Positions 34,901 through 46,900 of a stretch of DNA of 63,885 nucleotides are shown one piece after another (the first letter of the stretch is position 1; the number at the start of each line of letters is the position of its first letter). Below the pieces are notes generated by a model that worked only from the letters and a program-made list of their open reading frames with translations, was not told the origin of the DNA and did no database searches. Source of the DNA: Gracilinanus agilis. Taxonomy: Eukaryota. The position numbers and the translations under genes were made by a program. The stretch lies in assembly GCF_016433145.1 (NCBI RefSeq), contig NC_058131.1:160041522-160105406 (forward strand), given 5' to 3'.

Positions 34901-37900
34901 ATTGCTACCATTGGAGGGCACTGGAAAGATGGGTACACTAAAATAGTATTGGTAAAGCTATTAATTCCAACTTCTGAAAATCATTTCGAGTTATATTAGA
35001 AAAGTTATGAAAAACTGTCCATATTCTTTGATCCAAGGATTCACTGGGCATATTCCCCCTCATGCACCAAAATATTTATAGCGGCATTCTTTGTAGTGGA
35101 AAAAAAATTAGAAACAAAACGGGTTCCCACTAGCTCGGGAATGGCTGGACAGATTGTGGTATATGAATGGACTGAAACAAATGATAAACATGAGAACTAA
35201 GAGAAATATGATCGTAGACTTAGTATGAACTGATGATATGACATAAGGGTCTGGGGTGAGGAAAATTTACGATACTTAACTGTGGTGCCATTAACTTATG
35301 AAATTAAAGGAAAAAAAGAAAAGAAAAAAGAATGAATCCTAGTCTAGGTGAATAAAGTTGAAAGGAAGTGAAGGTCTAGAAACCTAGCACTATAACCTCA
35401 ATCTTACCAGGAGGTCACTATGTGGGATAGAGAGGAGCAGCTTGATGAAGGTCTGTAGGGCGTTGTCCAATGCATCATCTCCATAAAGTCGGAAGACCCC
35501 AAAGTTGACATAGCTTCCACTGAGTGCAGCCTTTAACATGGAAAAGCAGATGGAGATGCCCTTGAGCTTCAGTGCGTAGACCTGATCCTTTGGGACTTCT
35601 CCTAGTGTCAGGATGCGATTTCCTGAGGACACACATACATACACCAGTTTAGTCCCTAGCTTAGCCACTCCAAAGAAAGTCAAGGAAACTAAGAGAAAGG
35701 CTTTAACAAAGCCTGATTATCCAGCATGCAAATTGGGTGAATTGAATGAATAATAAAGGTAAAATGAAAGCTATATTACTGAGTTAACAAGCAAGGCGTC
35801 TTTTCCTTATCTGACAGCACAGTGCGTTTTTCTATTCTTGGTCTAACCACTCAGTATACATTGAAAGGAAATCAGTTTCTAAGAAGCCAGAGAGACATTA
35901 AACTTACTACTGTGAATGAAGGAGGGTTCTTGTTCCATTACACCTCTCCATTCCTACTAGTCCCCTAATCACCAGGAGCCAAGTATTACTTTTCCCAAAA
36001 AGCTGTCAAGTCATTCTGTACCTTTTTTCTCTTAATTCAGAATACATGGCAATTCTTATATGTCCCTATTTGTTGTCTCTGCCCCAAGGCATTATGTAAA
36101 GAAGTTCTCTAAGGCCAGTCCTATTGTCTGTGACATCTAGTATGTCTCAGAGGTAGCAGGCACTTCAGAAATATTTGATAAAGTGAACTAGATAAATCCC
36201 TGGGAAGAGGAGGGGCTCTACAACTTATAATTTCTGCCTGCCACTTTGTGGTTAAAGTATAATCCTGCTCAGGAGGCAAAGCTGCCTCACAGTACCTACC
36301 ATATGTAGTAATCATTTTGCTGGTTTCCCGGAAGAGTAAAATACCATTTGGGGAGGAGACATCAAATTGAAGTCGTTGGGACCTAAAGCAGAGAATATGG
36401 GAAACAATAGTCAAGTGTGGTGCTGGAGAAATCTATGGGACTTAAGAAGTCCAGCTACTCCTTAACCCCACACCCCAGCCCTACCCCAAATCTCTATTCT
36501 ACTCTGTCTTGAATGCCCAGAAAAGGGGTATTATTTGGCTTCTAGATTACTGTTCTTATTGGTCAGAGCATATGCATTGGGCTATTGAACTTGGGCTAAG
36601 GGCCACCACCCAAGTTTAATAAGCTCAATGATGTGGAATTAGCTATGCTACTTATATGTTGAAGGATGTGATGTTAGATGTTCTGCTTCTCATTCAAATT
36701 TAAAAATCTAAGAGACAGAACAAAGGAGAGAAAAAAGATCTCGTTAGCCTCTGATAGTCACTGAATAGTTTCTTTAAAGACATTTCTTTCATTGAGGTAG
36801 TAGAGGTTTCTCAGAGACTATTCTTAATAAAACAAGAGTAGAATTTGCTCAAGGGCAAAAAGGAAATCAGAGCCTGAGCCAAACCAAAGTGAAAATTCTT
36901 TGAGTCTCTTCCTTTGCTCACTATACACACATTCCTTTTTTCTACTCTATTCCATGGTGGAATTATCTTCTGATTCTCAAGTGACAAAAAGGCCATATCA
37001 TCCCCTATGTTTATGGATTGCCTATTATCTCATAAATGAGTAAATCTTTTTACTTTGTTTGGCCAAACCTCTATTCCTGAACTGAGGTTTCTGATCTTCT
37101 TTAAATAAAAGCCTGTCCTGAGTCTGCAAATTGGTTTAACTAGTGGAGATTTTATGCATTTGATGATAACTTTACTAGGATCCATGTTATGTATGAGTAT
37201 GTATGTTTTTCTTTTATGTAGGGGACAGATGAGGTAGGTGAAGGGATAGGATATAAGTTAGCTTTTTAGGAAATGAATTCCAACGTACACATGCCAAGTC
37301 TGCGTAGGGGGCATCAGAAGATACAAATTTCCTTGAGACTTCCTCTATGATTCTCAATTCAAGCTTACCTGTTATGTACCAATTCAGCCATCAGTTTGAG
37401 CACAGGTGTAGTACAGGCTGGGTCATGGTACCAAAGTTCAATTGCCCTCTGAAGGATTGGCATGTAAGATGGGTACCTGTAAGCAATAAGCTAAGGAAAC
37501 ACCCTCTGGGCTCTATTTCAAAAAGCCCCAGGTATAAAATAATTTCTGAGCACCTGACCAAGAAAATTCTAATAACAAAAATCTCCAGGTTCACTCTTCT
37601 CTGGCTTGGTGATAATAAACTAATATAGCAAAATGTGTATGAGTGGTAGGAGGGGTGGGGAATGGAGGGCACAGCCCACAGGGCAGGCCTTAATCTACCG
37701 GAATAAGGAGTTGCCTTAATTTAAAAGATATATATAATATTAATTTTATAGTTTCTCTCCAAGAAAGCTCAAAATTTTTACATTCTCATATCACTTCAAC
37801 AAGAGGCCAAGAGTCAGTTACTTTCTTGATTTCAAGTCAAGATACCTTAGTTTCATCAAATAAATTATTGTTATTTAATAATTTATTATTTCTTAAGGTC

Positions 37901-40900
37901 ACAATCTGAAATAAAGCCAGATCTAGAACTCAAGCTTTCTAATGACTGGTTGGATGCTTATAGTAAGTAGCCTCACATATGTTTTGTTAGTAACTCATAA
38001 CTTCTGTTTGCAGTGAAATGTGTACAAAAATGTCTCAAGGTTAAGATCACGGAGGTGGACATGCACTTAGTACTTCTTGATTCTAAATGGAAGCCTGAAT
38101 GGCTTTTCAACCTCTAACCTTACATACAACACTGTAATACCAAACCCTCTCCCTCCCTCTCTGCCCCCCTTTCCCCCTCTCTTTTAAACCCTTATCTTTT
38201 GTCTTAAGAATTGATTCTAAGTATTTGTTCCAAGGCAGAAGTGCAGTAAGGGTAGGCAAATGGGGTTAAGTAATTTGCCCCGGGTCACATGGCTAAGAAA
38301 TTCCTGAGACCAGATCTGAAACCAGGTCTTTTAGTCTCTAGGCCTGCCATTCCATCCACTGAGTTACCCAGCTTCCCTCCAACTATTTATTTTTTAATGG
38401 AATGTATAGAGCATGCTTTTCCATATATTAATATTTATATATATAAAAATTCATCACCACCCCTTCATTACTGATACATAAAGGTTACCCCAGTTCTACC
38501 CTATGGATGAAAATAGCTTCTAGTCAAGTTTCCTTGTAGACCAACTCCCTACTTCCTCCTGTGTCAGGATACATCCATTCAAACAACATCATGAAGCTGG
38601 TCTTTGCATTGAAGGCAAAAGCGATTCCCCTCAGATCTCTCACTAGGCCCACTAGAGTTCGCTGTAGCAAAAGACAAGAGTTATGAATATTATTTTCAAT
38701 AAAACAGAACCATTGAGGATTTAAGGTTTTCAGAGTAAAATTCAATCTTTTTTACTAGAAATGGTTTTCCTTCCCCATCACTTTGATCCAGGTGTCACAA
38801 TAAAGGAGGCTTCTAGTTTTAGAGAACTTATTTGCATTTGTGTACCTGCTAAGGAAATGTGGTAATCCCAAATTCCAAAACAGTTGGAATGGATTATTTT
38901 AACTGAAAATAAGAAGCATTTTAAGACAATAAATCAGTATGCCATATGAGAAACTGAGGGTTCAATGATCATTTCACTATAAGACTAGAAAAGCTGTATT
39001 AGTCCAAGACCTGGGCACCAGGTACCATTGGCATTAGGATCCAATCTATACCATATGGAAAAGTTAAATGAATGGGTCTCATAGCAAATAAGATATATTA
39101 TACCCTTTGAACCTCTGTGCTTAAAAGGAAGGTAGGATGAAGTATTATATAATCATCTCTGGGCATACTCAGCATTTGTATAATTAAAGATTGTTTGGGA
39201 GATGGAAGGGATCTTCAAGCTTTTCTAGCCCAATCCTCTTATTTGTCAGATAAGGAACCTGAGGTTCAAAGAGAATGAATGACTTGCTCAAAGCTCCTTA
39301 GATAACTGACAGCAATGGAATGAGAAGTCAGGTCCCTTAATTAGTTCATAGTCTAGTGCTCTTTACTGCACTGCTTTTCAGTTAACTGGTGGGCCTTGAA
39401 GTGCATATCAAAATATTCTAAGAAACCTAGCAGATCATCAATGAGTCTGACAGGAAGCATGCCTTGCTCTTGGGGCATCATGACTCAACCAAGTAATTTT
39501 CCGCTGGCTGAGCTGATATGGTTAGAAGTTTAGAGCTTTAAGGAAACAATGGGTAGGCAAAGCTATTCTTCTGGGTTTATGCCAGACACAAATTAAAAGC
39601 TAAGAAGAGGTCAGTTGAAAAGATAAAAGAATAGACAGGTAGTTTTGAAAGCCCTCTGTAGGAAAAGAGTGGGTTAAAGTAGTGATTTTTCAGGCCATTT
39701 CTTTTCCAGGATTATTGGAACCATTCTATCAACTAGGACAGCGATGGGCAAACTATGGCCTGCAGGCCAGATGCAGCCCCCTGAAATGTTCTATCCAGCC
39801 ACGAGCCATTATTCCTAATCTGATGAATACAATGAGTAGGATACAATACAATGAAACTTCGAAGGAGCTGCCTTAGAAAAAGACTGACAGATGAACATTT
39901 CCTTTCATTTGGCCCCCTTTTTTAAAAAGTTTGCCCATCACTGAACTAGGACTATCAAGGTCTTCATTTCATGAACATTACCTTAATGAAATCTTTAATA
40001 CTGCAGTAGACTTTTACCTTAAATACTAATACAATGAATTAGCATTCAGTACCAAGCAGCGCTCAGTCTATAAAGTGCTCAAAAGATAAAAGTACCCCAT
40101 GGAAAGGTTTATAGAAATGATACTGACATCTTACTTGCTATGATTGATGATTAAAACAAAATGACTTTCTAAATACGAAGAAGAAAGAGAATCCCAGAGC
40201 ACCAGGGAATGCCTGGTATTTTTACTTCAATGTAAAAAATCTCTTCCCTTGACCATGGCTTACTATCACTTACACTTACTTAACCTCAGCACGTTTAACA
40301 TCAATAATAATGTCAGTAATATAAACTCATATTTGTATGGTGCTTTAAAGCTTTTTACTAAGCACATTCCTTACAATAACCCTTTGTAAGACAAAAGTGT
40401 TTTTTATTCCCATTTTACATAGAGGGAAATTAAGGTTCAGAGAGATGGTAAATTTGCCAAAAGTCACATTGGCAGACTTAGAATTTGAAACCAGGCAGTT
40501 GGTACTATAAAGAGTCTTGAAAGTGGTAGGATCCTAGTGTTTAAATTGGGATACTGAGATCCTTCTGGGTGACAGGGTGACTAAAAATAACAAGGAAAAA
40601 TTAAGATAGGACAGCTCTCTATGGTTACAAGAAGTAAAATTTAATATGAACATTGCCATTATTCGTATTCAGCAATTATGGGCGGTCATTGGAAAATCCT
40701 AGGTCATAGATTAAACAAAAGGCTCAACTACTGGATATACAACAGAAAACCTCTTATTGACTCCAGTAACATCTTAGTCCCTCTTCCAAGGAAGACCTTC
40801 AAATCCATTTGAGAGCTGGGAGGAGACTCACCTTTGCTTCCTGTTCATTGAAAGTATTGGTGCTAAACATCTGGGCAACAGCCTCAAATGCTGCTGTGAG

Positions 40901-43900
40901 AGGCAACATGAACTGCTCATACTGATCCTCATCCTCCCCTAGAAGGGAAGAAACCCCAAAGTGTCAGGCATTTGCAACGATTCATTCCTGCATTGTCATG
41001 AACACATAAAAAACAGGATGGGGTGGGAGAACTTAGTAGCCTCAAGCTTTCTTTGGAGGTGCCCTTTACCTTTAAGTTGGATACTCCTATAGGATTTGAT
41101 GCTAATTAAAGAAGAAAAGTCTATGCAGAGTACAAAGGGAAAAGCTGCCAGATCTGGCTTGCAAGCCTCCTAGTCTCCCTACAAATAAGAGACTTAAAAA
41201 AATCATTGCTCATCAGAAGACAATTTCAAGGACATATATTTATCTTCCAGTTACAAGGAGCTATGATAACATTTCAAATTTCCTTCCTCCTCTGGCAAAA
41301 TCACCTTGCCATTTCAGGAAGTTCTTACTGTTAAATTAATGTGGATAGAAAACACCTCAGAAATCTAGTGCTTCCTATGTCCAAAACACAAAGTAAAACA
41401 ATTCGTATTTAAGGAACCCCTAGGATTAACTGTAGTACCTAAATCCACCATGAGGAGGCGCCCAAGTGCCGTGTAGAATGTAGTTCGACACCGCATGTCT
41501 GTCAGGTTGGACTGATTGTTAATACCCAAAAATGAAAAGTGCTCGCTCTATTAAAGAAAAGGAACAAATCAAATAGATGAGTTGCATGAGTTAAGACAGT
41601 TTACAAGCCAAGAGCCTTGGAATCTGAGATCTTTGCAGCTGACAGCCACCTGGACATTTTTACGCAGTAGGCGGTTGTTACTTTTTGCTACTTGCAGCTA
41701 ATTTCATCAGAAGAATGAGAACACTACACAGAAATTTATGCGTGCTTAGATGATCACCTTTGAGTAGTACTACACAGCTGCTTTATACTGTGGTGATGGC
41801 AATGGCATTCATCTCTGTACCCCCAGCATGCTGTGGGTGCTTAAGAAATGCTTATTGAGGGTTTATATACATCTTTTCAAAATTCCTTGTGATTTGGGAA
41901 TGTAAAATGTAAATTAGGAACCACTATTGCTGCAGTATAGCATCAAGTAACTCCACTCTGAAGGTGACTCCAGTGTGTGTGTGTAGGGTTTGTAGGTCAG
42001 ACAGACCTGGTAGAAGGAAAGAAGATACTCACCGTGTGATTGTTCAGCATAAACTGTACTGCGCTAAGTTTCACCAATTTCCTCACACTACTGTACGTAG
42101 AGACGAGGGGGAGAGGAGTCAAGGAAAAAGCGGGTGAGTTAGGAGGAGGAGGAGCTAGAGTAAAGAAACTAGATAAAAGAAGTGCTTAAACATTTCCTGA
42201 TTATGTCATTGCACAAAATAGAAAAATTCAAGGCTTCCTGGCTCATGTATATTCAGAATTTTGTTGCCAAAAAGGGGATAATGCTGACAAAATAGTTCAA
42301 ATTTTTTTGGGAAGGAAAAGGCATCTTTTTTTTGTAAGGATAATTTGATTGAAACAAAACAAGCCTTATATGTTGCAATGGGTTGAATAAGGGGGCTGGT
42401 TTCTCTCCTTCTGGCAGAGGTACCTAACTAGGATTCTGCCAATGAACTGAAAGGACAACCTAGAGGAGACCATGGCCATGGAAATGTGTAAAAATACAAG
42501 AAATGGTAGGAAGAAATTTATAGTAAGTAGTTTTGGACAGTGGTCATGGGCTGAAATTTCCTTTATATTTTGTGTGGCTATTATCTTTTGCCCCTACAAA
42601 AATAAGAATTACTTGAGTATGTGCTAAATCTTTAACTGGAACTTCATGATAAAAGGCCACAATTTATAACTGTGGGTATACTGCTGTTTGTTGTGTGCAA
42701 AGGTTTTGTTAGTTAGAGACATGAATTAAAAGGATATCCGATGGAGAGGTCGTTGAGAAGCTGTAGTGTCTTAGAGGTGATTGGTTCACAGCGGCCCCAG
42801 TACTTCAAGTTGGTGATGCTAAGAACAAAAGAAAACACAAACCACAAACCTTTTAATTTTCTTTGCTGCCTAAAAGGAGGGACTAGGGGGAAATTATCCA
42901 TCAAAAGTCTCTTCCACCAATTCACAGACATCACAACCACAAAATATGGGTATAAAATCACTGTACTTACANNNNNNNNNNNNNNNNNNNNNNNNNNNNN
43001 NNNNNNNNNNNNNNNNNNNNNNNNNNNNNNNNNNNNNNNNNNNNNNNNNNNNNNNNNNNNNNNNNNNNNNNNNNNNNNNNNNNNNNNNNNNNNNNNNNNN
43101 NNNNNNNNNNNNNNNNNNNNNNNNNNNTATGCAATTCTACACCTGCACCATCCACTGTCAGTTGCAGAATTCTAGTAGCCCTTGCTTCTGGATTCCTGAT
43201 TGGGAGAGTCCTTTAGACCCCCCTTGGTTGGTTTAATTTTATCCAGACCAGCACATGGGTTTGACTGTGTTTGGGGAGGAGAGAAGTGGAAGAAGGCAAA
43301 ATGCCATTCTACACACAGCCCTGGGTGTGATATTTGGCTTGTGGTGTGTGCTTCAAGAAACAGCTTCTAGAAGGGAGAAATGCCACTGAAGGGCACAAAA
43401 AACAAAGTGGTCTTTTCAATCTAAAGAAAATGGCCAATGAAGTTCCACTTCAGGGATGGTTTGATTTTAATAATGTTAGATCTCAGAGAATGAGGCCCAT
43501 TTTGAGGTGAGTGTTCACTGGTTGAAAATCAGCAATTGTAAACTCCTGGTAAGGGCTTCTCCAGCAGCACTGTAATAGGTAAGACCGATAAGCACTGACT
43601 ACTGGGGATATGCCCATTTTAGTAATGACACTGACAGGGTTTTCACCTGTGCTCCTAAGGTTAGAGTCTATAGTGGATGAAATTAAATTCCCTTCTGGGC
43701 AACCCTGGAATGCTCTGGGGCCGGGCCACATCTCTAAACACAATGTTTCACACACTCAGATGCACGATGCTCTGACGCAAAACAATCAAGGTTGAAAGAC
43801 CAAAGCACTAGTGGCACATTGCCAAGATCACAGATTTACTGTTGCAACATTAGTGCATTGGCCTGTCTCCTGTTGTCGGCAAGCTCCAACACTTACATTT

Positions 43901-46900
43901 TTCCTATGAAGACACTCAGGACCATGGTCTCATCGTTTAAGCCCAAGACTTCTGAGAGCCGGCGATATAACTGGAGTTATAGAGAAGAAGAGAAGAAAAG
44001 AGCAACGTGGAGAGAGGAGTCAAAATATTCACATATGCCAATACTTTCTTTTAGTTCTAAGGATGGGAGGGTATGAGGGAAATTGTTGATACATCTCACC
44101 TGCCAAAAGAGCAATTTTGTCTTTTTGGGTCTGCACACTGAAACATGCCACTGATAATGCCCTATATTTATGAATGTGGTTAGCTCAACTCTCACTCTGT
44201 GCCATCCAAACATACACAAATCCTTATACTTGGGGGACTGTCAGGCACATGTGTTTTGAAAGAAGCTGAGTTCTGAGCAGACTTTCAGAATTTAGGAGCC
44301 TTGAAGCTGAAGTTAGCTCTCAGTCTGGGACCTAGTCTGGAGGAGGTCCCCAGTCCCCACCTAAACTAGGAGTCCAAAAGGGAGAAGCTGTGTTAGTGAG
44401 GAGTGGCTGTTACCTTGGAAGATTTCTGCACCTGGTCCCCAATGTAGATCTTACGGAACTGTTCAAAGAAGCTCAGCATGGCTAGCTCTAGCTTCTCGTT
44501 CCCCGCCTGGGCCAAGCGAGAGTCTGTCAGGTTCATCAGCTGGAGTACCCTGGAGGTAGAGAAGCAATGATTCTCTCAACAGCAGGAGATTCTGGCTGTT
44601 CTAGGAAATCCAACGGACGCTGAAATACCTTACTGAGATGATCTTAAAAGACATACTTTCAGACTTTGGGGTCTTTTGAGGGAAGTGAATTCTCTATTTA
44701 TGCCCTAAAGGTTTAACCCAGAAGTAAATAAACCTCTAATCACTTAAGAGAGCAGCATAGTACTTGAATAGAGCTGGCCTAGGTAATGTAGAAAACCTGG
44801 GTTTGAGTCCTGTTTGACACAAACATTGTGTGAGTCTGGGCATTTAAACTCCAAGTGCTCCAGGCAATTCCCTTAAGAATAGGAGCTGCCTAACAGCACT
44901 GACAGTTTCCTCTTTGAGAATTCCCTATTCCATTGAAATCATGGGTATGAACAAAAATGGAAATACTTTTTTTTTTTTTTTTTAAATATAAAAACTCATA
45001 CCTTTCATCTTGGAATCAATACTGGGCAAAAGGGCTAGGCAACGGGGGTTAAGTGACTTGTCCAGAGTCATACAGTGAGGTAGTGTCTGTGGTCACATTT
45101 GAGCCCAAGAACTCCCAAGGCCTGACTCTTAATCCACTGAGCTATCCAGAACCTCCCACTTAATGCTACTACTTTTTTTTTTTTAAACCTTTACCTTCCA
45201 TCTTGGAATCAATATTGNNNNNNNNNNNNNNNNNNNNNNNNNNNNNNNNNNNNNNNNNNNNNNNNNNNNNNNNNNNNNNNNNNNNNNNNNNNNNNNNNNN
45301 NNNNNNNNNNNNNNNNNNNNNNNNNNNNNNNNNNNNNNNNNNNNNCGCTACTCAGCTGTCCCCCTCCCGCCCCACCTTAATAATTCTTAAAACAAAATCT
45401 TTAGCAGAACTCTACTCCAAAAAAGCATGGACAGTTTAAGACACTTGAGTTCTACCAAATTAGTTAGTTATGCCACTAATTAGCTATCTGTCTTTAGGTA
45501 AGACCCTTTCTCTTTCTGGGTTCCTTCTTTTCGTTCTCTATAACATTTTCTTTGTATTTTCTTTCTCTTTCCCTATAAAATAAGGTGGGTGGATTAAGTG
45601 ATCTTTAATGTCTCTTCTTCCAATCTCAATTTTCATGTATGGATTTGAATTTGGCTATGGAATAAGAAAGATACTAGATTTCCAATCTTACTATCTATAT
45701 AAATTCCCTTTTTTTAACTTCCAAAAAAAGTTAACAGATACTGAAATTGAACTTGTCATGCTTATCAAGCTGAAGGTAAAATAAAAAGGCGTTTGAATAG
45801 TAGGTTGTGGGTATAGAAGGGAAGGAAATAGGATTTCTGGAAGATGCCCTCACCCTACAAAAATGAATTATTAAAAGGGTGGTGTCTGATGGGCTTTTGT
45901 TGAGAACAAATCTAATATACTATGTTGGAATGTAGTCCTCTCTAATGAAGCCAATATTTAGGGCATGTCAGGATGTTTTAAGTCTCTATTTTATTTTTCA
46001 GAAAGTCACTAAATAAGATGACATTTCTATCTCAGTGGAGATGCCATTTAAAAATTGCTTGCCAGTAGTTATTTGTAAAATGAGAATCACAGCTAAATTA
46101 ACTAACCATGAATCTTGTAAATAGGAAATTATATGGCCAATGGTTTGGATTTATGGCCATAAGAAACCAATGATTTAACTCTAGAGCTGACACCCATAGA
46201 AGAGTCACAATCTTTTGGAAGCATTTCTTGTTGGTAGGTTATATAATATAAACCAATAAGCAGTCCATATATCAATTTTGCCCTAGCATTTCCTGGTGTC
46301 TTTAAATAAGACTCTAGACCACATTTTATTATTATTATTATTATTAAAAAAAAAAAAAACCCTTACCTTGCACCATAGAATCAATACTATGTATTGGTTC
46401 TAAGGCAGAAGATTGGTAAAGACTAGGCAATGGGGGTGACTTGCCCAGGGTCACACAGCTGGGAAGTGTCTGAGGTCAGATTTGGACCCAGGACCTCCCA
46501 TCTCTAGGCCTGGCTCTCAATCCACCAAGTTACTCAGCTGCTGTGTTAGTTAAAATCACCTGGGGTTCTATTTGGAAGGATTGAGCCTCAATATATGTAT
46601 CAATATAGTGTTTGACAAACTTCTGTGGACCTGTGGGGGACCTTGGAACTACATTTCCCGTGGTCCAACGGGTTTCCTGTTTTAGATGACGTCTTCAAGG
46701 TGAGGTACAGCTTTAAATATTGGGAAGTGGCTTTGAACTTCCTCTTTAGCTACCTGGGCGTGCGAAGATACAAAAGGTAAAATGGCTGATGTGGCAGTTT
46801 GTATACTTACAGGCGCGTGGTCTAATGATTTATCTCTATCAGAATGGCTTTTATTAAAATACTATTCTCCCTTTTAATATCTGCCTTCCTCATTTTTAAT

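Noticed and set aside
37296-37316. CTCF-like AGGGGGCA motifs here and at ~21655-21672
   Set aside because: The 5' half of the CTCF consensus (CCASY) is poorly matched in both.
42972-45345. Assembly gaps hiding XPO7 exons; ORFs containing X runs
   Set aside because: The spliced CDS is complete and in frame without them, and the second gap is bracketed by the two ends of one SINE.
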